From: Octopus bimaculoides
Lineage: Eukaryota
Direction of reading: 5' to 3'
Assembly (NCBI RefSeq): GCF_001194135.2
Contig: NC_068987.1
Coordinates: 77,014,601 to 77,078,600 of the forward strand
Length of the DNA: 64,000 nt
Shown: positions 38,560 through 50,539 of the stretch, in pieces
Layout: each line of letters opens with the position of its first letter
Numbering within the stretch: the first letter of the stretch is position 1
The notes under the pieces: generated by a model
Seen by the model: only the letters and a program-made list of their open reading frames with translations
Database searches by the model: none
Told to the model about the DNA's origin: nothing
Position numbers and translations under genes: made by a program

Positions 38560-38795
38560 GCCTTCTGGAGTCACGCCGATTCACAAGGGCCGGTTTTTCA
38601 GCTTCCGAAGTGTAAAAATTCCTCACCTCGACAGGGCACCGATCTGTCGCAGAATTTCTCATCCTTTGCGAGCTGAGTAACGTGAAAGGAAATGTTATTA
38701 TTCAAGAACACAACGCTCGGTCTAGGAATAGAAACCGCAGTCTTGCGATCATAAATCCAACACCTCTAACCAATAAGCCACACGCCTCCACAACC
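38560..38795 (-). mobile_element. V-domain-like tRNA SINE, diverged
   Basis: Minus strand gtggaggcgtgtggcttattggttag ... gttgtgttcttgaata ... ctgcgacagatcggtgccctgtc, related to 14051-14609. Confidence 0.6.
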
Positions 38796-39454
38796 GTCAA
38801 GGATAAGGGTATATAACTCATAACATGCAAAGATGCCTATTTCTTTTCTCTTCGTGTTACTTGATTTTCGATAAACGAAGATACAGCAGACATTTTTGAT
38901 GGAAGCATATGTGCCAGAGATCCTCAAGAAATTTCAAACTTTATTGCTAAGTTCTTTTTTTAGATCTAAAAATAAAAGCCTTTTTCTTTTCCATTCTTCG
39001 GTGAAGTTTACAGAGACGGCGGCCACGTTAAGGCCGATAGATTCAAAAAAGATTCAACAGAATTATTCTAAAAATACAACTTGGAAATCACGATAAACAA
39101 CAGTCTAGAAAATATTTAATTTATTTCCTGTGACAATCGGCTTTAAATATGCGTACGTTGCAATCATACTAGAAACTTAACGACACCATCTTGGATGTAA
39201 ACAATAAATCAAATTCTCTACCGAATTTTCTCAAGAATTTGAATATATCGCCTGGGTAGTAATTCCAGATTTCTTTGCGTCGTTCACAGAATGAAGATAG
39301 ATTAATATCATTATTCGTTGAACCAATCGAATGTTAATGCAGCATTTGATTGTTAATAGAGTCGATTATTAAAACAGTACTTGAATAACATTAATAGGTT
39401 CTGCATTTCAAATTGAGGTTTCTGTCTTCAAAATTATCAATCCATTCTATCTAA

Positions 39455-39515
<61 letters not shown>

Positions 39516-39516
<1 letters not shown>

Positions 39517-39673
39517 GAGTGGATATGTGGTAAGGAGCTTGTTTACCAGCCACATGGTTCCGGGTTCAGTCCCACTGGGTGGCATCTTGGGCAGGTGTCT
39601 TCTACTATAGCCTCGGGCCGTCCAAAGCCTTGTGTGTGGATTTGGTAGACGGAAACTGAAAGAAGCCCGTCGT
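39516..39673 (+). mobile_element. CORE-SINE 5' half adjoining a (CT)n tract
   Basis: gtggatatgtggtaag ... ggcatcttgggcaggtg ... gacggaaactgaaagaagcccgtcg. Confidence 0.85.
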
Positions 39674-40097
39674 ATATATATATATGTATTTATATATGTG
39701 TATACAAAAAGAGAAAGAGAAAGAGAGAGAGAGAGACACATACACACATACATATATAAACATACATATGTTTGAATGTGTCTGTTATATGGTAAATAAT
39801 GGATATCACAATAACAATATATCTGTATGTGTGTGTGTGTGTGTGTTTGTGTAAGTATGCATATATATATATGTGTGTATATATATGTGTGTGTATGTAT
39901 GTATGTATGTATGCATATATATATGTGCATATATGCATGTATATATATATATATATATTTATAAATATCGTAAATACTGATCGGGCACAGACAGTGTGTC
40001 ATTAGCCAGCTGGAGGCGATGTCTTCCTGGGGCTATAAACTGCAGTAGCATCGTCCCATATGGGTCATTCACATTTAGGTGGCAAATATACTTCACG

Positions 40098-40140
<43 letters not shown>

Positions 40141-40858
40141 NNNNNNNNNNNNNNNNNNNNNNNNNNNNNNNNNNNNNNNNNNNNNNNNNNNNNNNNNNNN
40201 NNNNNNNNNNNNNNNNNNNNNNNNNNNNNNNNNNNNNNNNNNNNNNNNNNNNNNNNNNNNNNNNNNNNNNNNNNNNNNNNNNNNNNNNNNNNNNNNNNNN
40301 NNNNNNNNNNNNNNNNNNNNNNNNNNNNNNNNNNNNNNNNNNNNNNNNNNNNNNNNNNNNNNNNNNNNNNNNNNNNNNNNNNNNNNNNNNNNNNNNNNNN
40401 NNNNNNNNNNNNNNNNNNNNNNNNNNNNNNNNNNNNNNNNNNNNNNNNNNNNNNNNNNNNNNNNNNNNNNNNNNNNNNNNNNNNNNNNNNNNNNNNNNNN
40501 NNNNNNNNNNNNNNNNNNNNNNNNNNNNNNNNNNNNNNNNNNNNNNNNNNNNNNNNNNNNNNNNNNNNNNNNNNNNNNNNNNNNNNNNNNNNNNNNNNNN
40601 NNNNNNNNNNNNNNNNNNNNNNNNNNNNNNNNNNNNGGGTGAAAACATTAGAAGATATATTATTATTTGGAGCAATTGTTCGCTATTATTATAGAACTAT
40701 GAATATCCTGTTTTGAGACAACACTTGACAACCAAAGCTGTTGAGAGTGGCAGTTATTTTTAGGAAATAAGTTGTGAACAATAAAGCATTGAGGTATTGA
40801 GTGGAGATTTCGTAGAATGTAACACGAACGTACATACGTGTGAACACAAGTTTGTGAA

Positions 40859-40892
<34 letters not shown>

Positions 40893-41121
40893 CATGCATA
40901 CATACGTGCATACAAAAATACGTACATACATACATAGATGTATGTTGTGTAATTTGTCATGTGTCCGTTTTTGGATATTATAACGGATACTGGTTGCTTT
41001 CAATTGCATATTGGCACTAATAAATCATAGATCTAAATCTAAATGTATATTCGACTTAGCGTCTTTTTAAGTGTTATAGGACGTGCGTGTGAGGAAGAAA
41101 TCGAGATGCACAGAGAGGAAG

Positions 41122-41169
<48 letters not shown>

Positions 41170-41616
41170 TGTGTGTGCGTGTATGCGTTCATGTGTGAGA
41201 GTGCGTATCTGTGTGTGTGTATTTACGCATTAGTCCCTGCGTGTGTATGCGTGCTTGAGTATATAATACACCTGTTACGTACTAATACAAACACATACAC
41301 ACGTATTCACACACAGACACACATATATATATAGAGACATGTTCATACACACACATGTATAGAGACATACATACACACACATATATATATATATAATTAC
41401 TTATATATTCGTATGTGAGTGTGTGTGTACGTATGAATGTATTTGTGTATGTATATATACGTTTGTGTAACTGTGAGTGTGTAAATATGTCTGTGTGTGT
41501 GCTTTCTATAACTATCTGTCATAAGTTATGATATGATAACATTGTAAAATAATTTTTCGATTGAACTGTAATAACAAATGTCATTCTGTTATTATTTCCT
41601 TTTTTTTTTCACTTAG

Positions 41617-41726
41617 GTATACTGTGTCCTTCCCCTTGAAGGAGATTTTCATGCTGTATCTAGCACGTCAAATGGCCACTTGGCGGTTTCTCTATTGCCT
41701 CGTTGTTTTTGTCTGGAAAAGTGTTG
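41617..41726 (+). CDS. Candidate signal-peptide-encoding exon
   Basis: Very strong acceptor (ttcctttttttttttcacttAG) and donor G|GTAGGT at phase 1. ATGs at 41651 and 41672 give M(LYLARQM)ATWRFLYCLVVFVWKSV. Lies in unique sequence. Confidence 0.4.
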
Positions 41727-41999
41727 GTAGGTGCGTCGTTTTGTCTGGAGTCAGCCATTTTGGATAGACATGTTATCAAAAATGTTCCAGCTGTGAGTAC
41801 ATCATTAGTTTTGTTTCCAGATGATTTATATCTCGAAATTAGCCAATTGCTACCCAGAAAATTGCCATTGCCACCCTATTTGATGGCAGAACGAAATAAC
41901 GAAATCATTCTGAACATTCGGCTTCAATATAGCAAATTCTAATAATAATTATAGTATTTGCGTACCGCGTAACAGCTATGGTAAACTGTGTGTGCATCC

Positions 42000-42067
<68 letters not shown>

Positions 42068-42183
42068 TTATGTTTGTATGTATATGTATGTATGTATATA
42101 AATATATGAATATATACACACACACACACACACATACATGCATGAGTATGTGTTCGTGCGTGTGAGTAATATTTGAGTATTTG

Positions 42184-42414
42184 AAAAATAAAAGTGATAC
42201 CAGTGGTGATCGGAGCATAGGGCTCAGTTCTATTGAAACTTCAAGACTTCTTAAGGCAACTGGAAATCCCATGCAAGATGGATGTCTTGCAAAAAGCAGC
42301 CTTATTGGGCACAGCGCACATCTTAGGGAAAGTACTATCTGTCTGAGGTCCTTGTGGTGACTTGACAAATGACTAAAGTCTCCGGTGCATTTTTACCTAC
42401 ACTGTGTTACAAAG

Positions 42415-42415
<1 letters not shown>
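42184..42415 (+). pseudogene. R4-clade RLE LINE 3' end with (AAT)n tail
   Basis: KIKVIPVVIGA*GSV...LEIPCKMDVLQKAALLGTAHILGKVLSV* (stop 42344-42346), short 3' UTR, then (AAT)n from 42416. Confidence 0.85.
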
Positions 42416-42456
<41 letters not shown>

Positions 42457-42479
42457 TAATAATGTGGCTAAATTTGTTA

Positions 42480-43408
42480 AAGCACTCGAAAAAGAGGCAC
42501 ACCAACGTAACTAATTTTTTAAACAATGCATGGTCAATACCTCAGAGAAATTAAAGGGAAAGACAAGATCAACACTTGGAAATGATTAAGAAAAAACTAT
42601 TTGAAAGGATACACCGAGCAATGATATGCAGTACCCAGGATCAAGCTCTGGGAACTAATTATACCTAGTTCCAAAGAGATAGGAGCAGTGCATTGTCCCT
42701 TTGTAGGATGTGTAAGTGAGTGTAGCATAGGTGGCCCAAAAGCACTACAAAAGGAAGCATGATAGCATGGCTAAGTTTGTTCACTGGAGACTGTGTGGAA
42801 AGTACGGTGTGGGCAGAACACCGAAATGATACAAACAGGAACCAGAGGGCGTCACCGAGAACAATGAATATAAGATCCTGTGGGATTTTACAATCCAATG
42901 TGACTCCCTAATCGATGCTCGGAGACAAGGAATTGTTGTGGTAGATAAAAGAAAAAAAGAAGCCGAGATAATAGATATTGCCATATTTAGAGATGCACGC
43001 GAAGATGACAAAGAGCTGGAAAAGATGGAAAAATAATACAGACTACTAAAAGACGAAATTGCAAGAAAGTAGAGAACGAGGAGAGTAACTGTTATCCCAT
43101 TAGTTGTAGGGACACTCGGAGCAGTAACAAGCAGGTTCGAGATATATGTCAGAGAAATTAGAATTAACAATAGAATTAACATGAGGGCAGAGCAATCCCC
43201 CAAAAAACTGCTCTATTAGAGACAGCTAGGATTTTGAGATTGGTGTTTGAGTGTTGAGTGTTTTCAACGATAAGTTAACATCTAAGTACCAAAGCTTATG
43301 ATTTGCGGAAATAGAACTTGTGAGACTTCTGACAACAAGTTACTGTTCGCTCTCACAAAGTCAACCAGGGGAAGTAAGACCGAGAGTTCTGAGAAGTAAA
43401 ATAATAAC
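42480..43408 (+). pseudogene. Second R4-clade RLE LINE relic (zinc knuckle plus restriction-like endonuclease)
   Basis: MHGQYLREI..DK..TW..L.K..LKG.TE / QDQAL.TNY / CRMC / YKRKHD..AKFVHW.LC.KY / ILWDFTIQCD..I.ARR..IVVVDK...IIDIA / VTVIPLVVGTLGAV / TALLETARILR, with several stops and frameshifts. Confidence 0.9.
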
Positions 43409-43544
43409 ACATACGAGATGTCGAAATATCGTTCACTAGATGACAATGGCATTCTTCTTTTAATTTTGACTCTATATCTTCTGGAGGAGTTACCTCAAAC
43501 CTATAAATATTAACCAAAATGAAGTAGATTGACACACTTATTTT

Positions 43545-43915
43545 TTTAACCTTTTTAAACCCCGATATTTGGGGGAGGGGACTAGTTGATGACATCGACC
43601 CCAGTAGTTCACTAGTATTTAATTTACCGACCCCTAAAGGATTAAAAGCAAAGTCGACCAAATAATAGTAGTAGTAGTAGTAGTAGTCATTTCAAGCATA
43701 TCCTTTTCTCTTCTAGACACAAAGCCCGAAATTTTGGGGCAAGGCGCCAGTCGACCCCAGTACGCAACTGGTACTTAATTTATCGACCCCGAAAGGATGA
43801 AAGGCAAAGTTAACCCCGGTGACATTTGAACTCAGAACATGCAGACAGACGAAATACCGCTAAGTATTTCCCTCGGCGCGCTAACGATTGTACGAGCTCG
43901 CAGCCTTAATGATGC

Positions 43916-43962
<47 letters not shown>

Positions 43963-44092
43963 GTAATAATAATAGTAATAATTTCAAGCATGTATTTAAG
44001 GCCAACAGCATGATGTGGAGGTCGGGTTAGTCGATTGAATCGACTACAGCATTTGATTGGTATTTTATCGACTTCCGAAGGATGAAAAGCTA
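43545..44092 (-). mobile_element. Three tandem SINE-A copies interleaved with (AAT)n/(AGT)n
   Basis: Units about 43545-43660, 43685-43910 and 43980-44092. Confidence 0.8.
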
Positions 44093-44129
44093 ACACATGC
44101 ACTTATACGCCAGAAACACATACACACAC

Positions 44130-44160
<31 letters not shown>

Positions 44161-44929
44161 TGCGTAATCCACATTGCTACCAAAGGATATTGGTAGCAAC
44201 TTAGAGTAAAGCTAGAGGCTATGACAATGAGAAACTTTTCTCTTCAGTAAAGAATCAATATGCGATAATACATCAGCATCGGTATCACTATCAAAATAGT
44301 TGTAATACTCGATTGATTACTCAAGAAACATTCGATCCTTATCAACACAAACAAACAAACAAACAAACAAACAAACAAAGACTAAAATAATGAAAGTGAA
44401 AGTAAAACGACGAAAGAAACGGCAAGTCTAATGGTGGGAGTTTGCAAAACCGGCGGTAGTGTTCACATCAATAATAACATCAATAATACCGAACTAAAAC
44501 GGAAATAAAAACAAGGTAGAGTGAGTTTAAGATCAATGATGAACAACGGCATTTGAGAATAGTTGTTTGTCACACTCAGACCGCCGCTGATAAACAAATT
44601 ATATTTAGAAAATAACTACTTCAAAAATGCGTGTGTTCTTCATTAATGAGCAAAATAATCATTTTTTTCCTTCTTTTGATATAATTAAAAAAAAAACAAA
44701 ATGTGGAGAAAACCGAATGAGATGGAGGAAAGTACATATTGCAATTTTTCCACTTTTCTTGAGTTTTGTGTGTATATGTGTGTATATGCGCGCGTGTGTG
44801 TGTGTGTTTGTGTGTGTGCACATGTGTATATTGGCATGTGTATGTGTACATGTGTGTGTGTGTACGCACGTGTTTATGTAGGTGTGTGTTTTGTTGTTTT
44901 ATAATAGAAGATATGGATTGTTAATTGTT

Positions 44930-45172
44930 GATGTTGTTACTGATGATGATGCTGTTGTCGTTGCTGTGTAGTTTCTAGGTCAGCCTTTATCCAGCAGATC
45001 TAAGATCCAAAGCATTCCAGCCGTGACCATGCCGCCTTTTTTTTCTGCTCATGTAGGGACAGTGTTGCTCTATATATTGTTTCATTATTTCAGGTGCGAA
45101 GATTTGATGTGGAGGAAAGTTGTGGCTACACTTTCTAGCAGAACAGGTGACCACGTAGAGGTTCCCAAGGTG
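44930..45172 (-). mobile_element. Repeat D
   Basis: (GTT)-rich tail, aggtcagcctttatccagcagatctaagatccaaagcattccagccgtgaccat ... ctagcagaacaggtgaccacgtagag. Confidence 0.65.
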
Positions 45173-45219
45173 CGTAAGGTTTTGAAAACCTCGGGTGAAC
45201 TAAAAAGGAGAGTGCATGT

Positions 45220-45258
<39 letters not shown>

Positions 45259-45421
45259 TACATACATACACACACACACATACATACACACATACTTCGT
45301 TTTCGTTTTTGATTTATAAAATTCTTGATGTGAATTCTTGCGTTGATGCAAATCTTGTCTTGGTAGGGTCATTACACCAATAACAATAAACACACACATT
45401 GGTTCAATATCATTTCTTCAC

Positions 45422-45584
45422 TGTTAGGTCAGTCAATCGGTTTAATATATAACCAACAAACTAATCAATTGTTTGTTTAATGTGTTGGCTGGTTAAATAA
45501 GCAACCGATTGATTGCTTAACCAACCAACACATTAAACAAACGATCGATTAAATTAGTTAGATATTTAACCGATTGACCTAACA
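45422..45584. repeat. ~163-bp imperfect palindrome (foldback/MITE-like)
   Basis: The left arm tgttaggtca..atcggtt...gtttgtttaatgtgttggctggttaa pairs with the right arm ttaaccaaccaacacattaaacaaac...aaccgattgacctaaca. Confidence 0.8.
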
Positions 45585-46470
45585 ATAAAGAAGTGCGTAT
45601 GTTTATTATTACTGGCATAATGACCCTTCCAAGACACAACTATATATGTATATATATATACATACATATATATATATGTATGTGTGTGTGTGTGTGCGCG
45701 CGTTTATATATGTATTATAGATAAATAGAAAGAAAGATAGATAGATAGATATGTGGTGAGGAACTGTGAAAGAGTAGTCAATACTAGAAGTAGAGTATAA
45801 ATTGATTATTATATAAGTTAGAAATTTTGGCATCCTGTTATCATTTACGCTTAGTCTCCGCTACTTTCAGGTCTGCTCTGACACGGTGTGGTAGTATCTG
45901 TCAAGGGCTCAACTTTTGGGTTAAAAAGCTGGAGATGGTTCTGCGACTAAGGCATATAGGACACGGTGGAGGTTTGTACTTAGACATGTATCAGACAGGC
46001 CTGCGATGTGTGGACATGCCTGGTGTCACGTGAACCAGTCTTCCAGCCTAAGACTTTAACAAATCTTATACCTCAAGGGTAAGCTGAAAAGAGACTGAGT
46101 AAATTATAAATAAACTTGCCACGAGAAAACACGGTTTTCTCTTTTGCATGGAAAATCATGAGACTCCAGATTTTGTTATTGGGTTTCATGATCGTCGATG
46201 TCTGTAAGAAGTTATGGAGAAACGACAGAGTTAATCTGCCGCTCGGTTTAATTCTGTCACCAGGTTCTTGAGTGTCTTCAATAAAGTTCACTCTGTCACA
46301 AGCAGTTAGACCATTCCTCCAATTTGACTTACGTTCTTTTCCCAACCAGTCTCGAAGGCCCTGAAAAAGGGTCGTTGTATCCACCCTCTCTCTTTTTTTT
46401 TTTCGATTTTTCTTTCTCTCCGCTTTCTTTAACCAATCGGTAAACACACATACACACACACACGTATACG

Positions 46471-46501
<31 letters not shown>

Positions 46502-46504
46502 ACA

Positions 46505-46537
<33 letters not shown>

Positions 46538-46876
46538 ACACAGAAGGCCCATTATCAGAAGAAAGAAAGTGAGTATACTTGAAACATTGTTACTGTCTCC
46601 GACGAGATGAAAACGAAAGCCTATGTCAGCCACAATGGGAATTGAACGCAAAACAGTGACTACTAAACTAAATAGCTTCCAGTAACTGATTTGGCATAAA
46701 CTTTGCTGGGCATCATTCGCCATCATATAAAACGATGAAAATAATAGCACAGATTGGTGGAAACATTGCATCCTTGTGCCTCACTTGACATTCTGAATAA
46801 CTTGACTTTGCGGTTCAGAAGTAACAAATAAGGACTTTTGATTGAGACAATGATACATCATTGCTTTTAATTGAAA

Positions 46877-47291
46877 CTCTTTTACTCTTTTACTTGTTTC
46901 AGTCATTTGACTGCAGCCATGCTGGAGCACCGCCTTTAGTCGAGCAAATCGACCCCAGGACTTATTCTTTGTAAGCCTAGTACTTTATTCTATCGGTCTC
47001 TTTTGCCGAACCGCTAAGTTACAGGGACGTAAACACACCAGCATCGGTTGTCAAGAAATGCTAGGGGGGACAAACACAGACACATAAACATATACACACA
47101 CATACATATGCATATATATACATATATACGACGGGATTCTTTCAGTTTCCGTCTACCAAATCCACCCACAAGGTTTTGGTCGGCCCGAGGCTATAGTAGA
47201 AGACACTTGCCCAAGGTGCCACGCAGTGGGAATGAAACCGGAACCATGTGGTTGGTAAGCAAGCTACTTATCACACAGCCACTCCTGCGCC
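46877..47291 (-). mobile_element. CORE-SINE, full length, well preserved
   Basis: ctcttttactcttttacttgtttcagtcatttgactg ... gacacttgcccaaggtgccacgcagtggg ... cacacagccactcctgcgcc. Confidence 0.9.
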
Positions 47292-47509
47292 TATTCATTA
47301 TTCTGTTCATTCAAGTTTACTGTCGGGTTTTGAAATAACATCATTAAATTCTTTGAAAATTTCAAAAAGTTATAACCGCGGTAAAAGAGGTATAACAAGA
47401 TCGAGAAGAGGTTGGTTGAAAAACTTTAAAGAATGGACTAGGAAGAAAGTGGTGGAACTCATTAGGTTGATTCATTAATTAGCATCATTATGTGACATAA
47501 TAGTGTACT

Positions 47510-47722
47510 GAACTAATGAGGTAGTATCTACCTAGTCGCTAAATATGCTAGATATAGCAACAAAATCCCCCTAAAATGATATGCCACCGTTTTTAAAGAC
47601 AGATAAATACATTAGTCGTAGATACCTGTAATACGACGAGATTTTCATGGCTGAAATGTTTTTGATCACTGGTCTATTCAGTCAAGGTTGACCTAGACTT
47701 AAACAACAATGACAACAATGTT
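47510..47722 (+). mobile_element. Repeat D with (AAC)-type tail
   Basis: tgctagatatagcaacaaaatccccctaaa ... catggctgaaatgtttttgatcactggtct ... gacttaaacaacaatgacaacaat. Confidence 0.6.
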
Positions 47723-48504
47723 AATATTTACCATGTACACATAAATTCTAGCAAATATATATATATATATATATTCGCAAAAAGTACAAGCCTCGTAGGC
47801 GTATTGAAAAGAATAACATCAACAGACAATTATACAGAACAAATCAACAGCTTTGAATGGAGAGAAATACGGTGAAACTTTCTAGTTTTAAACAACAATT
47901 GTTAAAAAATATTATAAAACAAGAAAAAGACAACTAATGTTGTTGTGTGACAAAATAATAATAAAGTGGAGAAACGGTTTTAGAAGTCAGTGGCTTAATT
48001 GAAATGAATGTTACGCATAGACATAAATCAAGGAAAAGACGGCTATGAATAGTCCTATTGATATATAAATAACCATAATAAATTTATCAATCCATACTTA
48101 TAATTACTGATTCACTTAGACATTTTTTGCGTAACCAAATGTTTTATTGTTTAATCTTTACAATTTCAGGTTTCCATTGAAAGTAAGAAAGTAAAAAGAG
48201 ATCAAATAAACCCCTAAAAAAAAAAACGCCCTTTCCTCCTCACAAAAGCTGTTTATCTTAGTTTTCCAAACAAAGCCGAGAAGCTGTAAAGTCAAAATAT
48301 GTAAAAACGTTGGAAACATTTAGCATTAGACATAGTTTATGGCTGTCTGAGTACTAACAAAAGAGTCTTATCTTCTTGAATTTAAGAGACCGGCTTTTTT
48401 GTTTAATCGATTCGGTTTAGGTGAAATAAAGAAATATAATTTCAATTAAAAAGTGACAAAGGTACTACAACAACAACAACAATAATAACAACGATAATAA
48501 TAAT

Positions 48505-49875
48505 AACAATAATTGTTTCAAATTTTAGAACAAGAGCAACAATTTTAGCGGGAGGCGGCAAAGTCGATTATATCAACCCCAGTACTCAACTGGTATTCAT
48601 TTAATCAAATCATGAAAGGATGGATGAAAAGCAAAGTCGGCCTTGGTAAGATTTTAATTTTGAGCGTAAAGAATCGGACGAAATGCCGCTAAGCATTTTG
48701 TCCGACGCACTAACGATTCTGGCAGCTCATCGCCTTCAATAACATTGATTTCAACTTTTAGCACAGGGCCAGCAGATTTTGAGGGGAAGTGTCTAATCGA
48801 TTACATCGAAACCAGCTCTCATCTGGCGCTTATTCTATCAATTGAAAGGATGAAAGACAAAGGAAACTTCAGAGGAATTTCTACTCAAAACAGAAAATGT
48901 CGGAAGAAATGCTTGGCAGCATTGTGTCCGACGCTGTAACGATTCTAACTAATAACAATCCTTTCTGATTTATACAGGAGGTGAGGATTTTCGGGATGCG
49001 GAATTATTGATTAACTCAAATACCTGACTGCTATTTGAGTTATCGAATCTGGAAAGACAAAATACGAAGTTAATCTTGGCAGAAATTTAAACTAAGAACA
49101 TGAAGAGCTTGAAGAAATAGTGTAAGGGATTTTATCGGAAACGCTAACGATTCCGCCACGATTCTCCATTAATCGTTTCAAATATAGGCCCAAAGCCAAT
49201 ATCACTTTTTCTATTTTTTAACTTTTATCAGCGCGGAGTGATAACTCGATTGAGTTGAACCAAGCACTTCGCTGGTAATTTATTTTATCAACTTCGGAAG
49301 GATAATGAGCTAAGGTGATCTCGGCAGGGTTTGAGAAGGGAGCGCAAAAAGAAACAAAAAAAAAAAACAAGTACAGCGAGATATTTCATCCGACATGTTA
49401 ATGAATCTACCAATTCACCGAAAAAAAAAAAACTAATAAAAATTTCTTACATTGGTATAAAGCCAAAAATTGTGATTGGTAGAAAGAGCAAAATCGATTA
49501 TGACATAATGACAAACCCTTTATGAAACAAGTACTTCAAATACTTATATTGACTCCTGAAGAAAGAAACATAGAGTTGACTTCAAGTTTTGATAAAGTCG
49601 GGATTTGAATCCAGAATGTAAAAGGATGTAACCAAAGATAACAAAATAATTTCTCATTCTAGATCTCTGGTGATTATGCCATCCATCGGTATAATCCTTT
49701 CTAATTTGACACAAAGCCATCAACCCCTGTACTCAAGTGGAATTTATTCTGTCGACCCCGAAATGATGAAAAGCAAAGGTGATCGCGGCGGCATTTGAGC
49801 TCAGAACGTGACGCCAGAAGAAACTCTGCCAGGCATTTTCTCCGAGGAATTAGTGATTCTACCGACTGGCCGCTT
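48505..49875 (-). mobile_element. Head-to-tail array of about six diverged SINE-A copies
   Basis: The body/B-box/head pattern (gaaaggatga..caaag, attt.aact, ctaacgattc) repeats about every 200-250 nt in one orientation. Confidence 0.7.
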
Positions 49876-50494
49876 TAATAGTCAACAGTCTTTTTCTAAG
49901 ATATTCTAAGACTTAATTAACCATAAACTAATCAATAGAGTTAACTAACAAACTATAACCGATCGATATGCATTTCCTGTATTTGATTTATTCAAATGGG
50001 GAATGCAGCAATCATGACCATTTTTGGGGGGCTTTCAGGATGTGTATAGGAAACTGTCTTTATGTCGATGGCCTACTCTGAATGCCTGCAGTAAAATAGG
50101 CTCAGCTAAAGGTACCTACGAACCAAGTTGGGTTTTTGTTTTTTTTTTACCCCAGGTCAACTCGATTCAGCAAACTTATGAATGAAGACGTTCCAACTTT
50201 GACCACCTAGATTTTTTTCCTATGTGCAAGGAATCCAATACCGCATTATTCAGTACATCATTTTTTAAAGTTGGTAGGGTGTTATTTGAAGGAGATTTGG
50301 CTGCTATTTCTAGCGAGGCGTTCAAATGATTATAACAGGTGTTCGTTTAATAAAATACGTGGTCGTTTGATTTGCTAAAGATATCAGTCAAACGTCTCTC
50401 AAATTACGCCCTACCATCTTCAAAACACACATAAATAGTATAATATAGTTATGAAGTAGACATGAGACTGGAATGTTTTTAATCATAGATCTCC

Positions 50495-50539
<45 letters not shown>

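Noticed and set aside
43545-44092. Regularly spaced similar units that could be mistaken for a CRISPR-like array
   Set aside because: The units are ~200-nt eukaryotic SINEs with microsatellite spacers. There are no short identical repeats with unique spacers and no cas genes.
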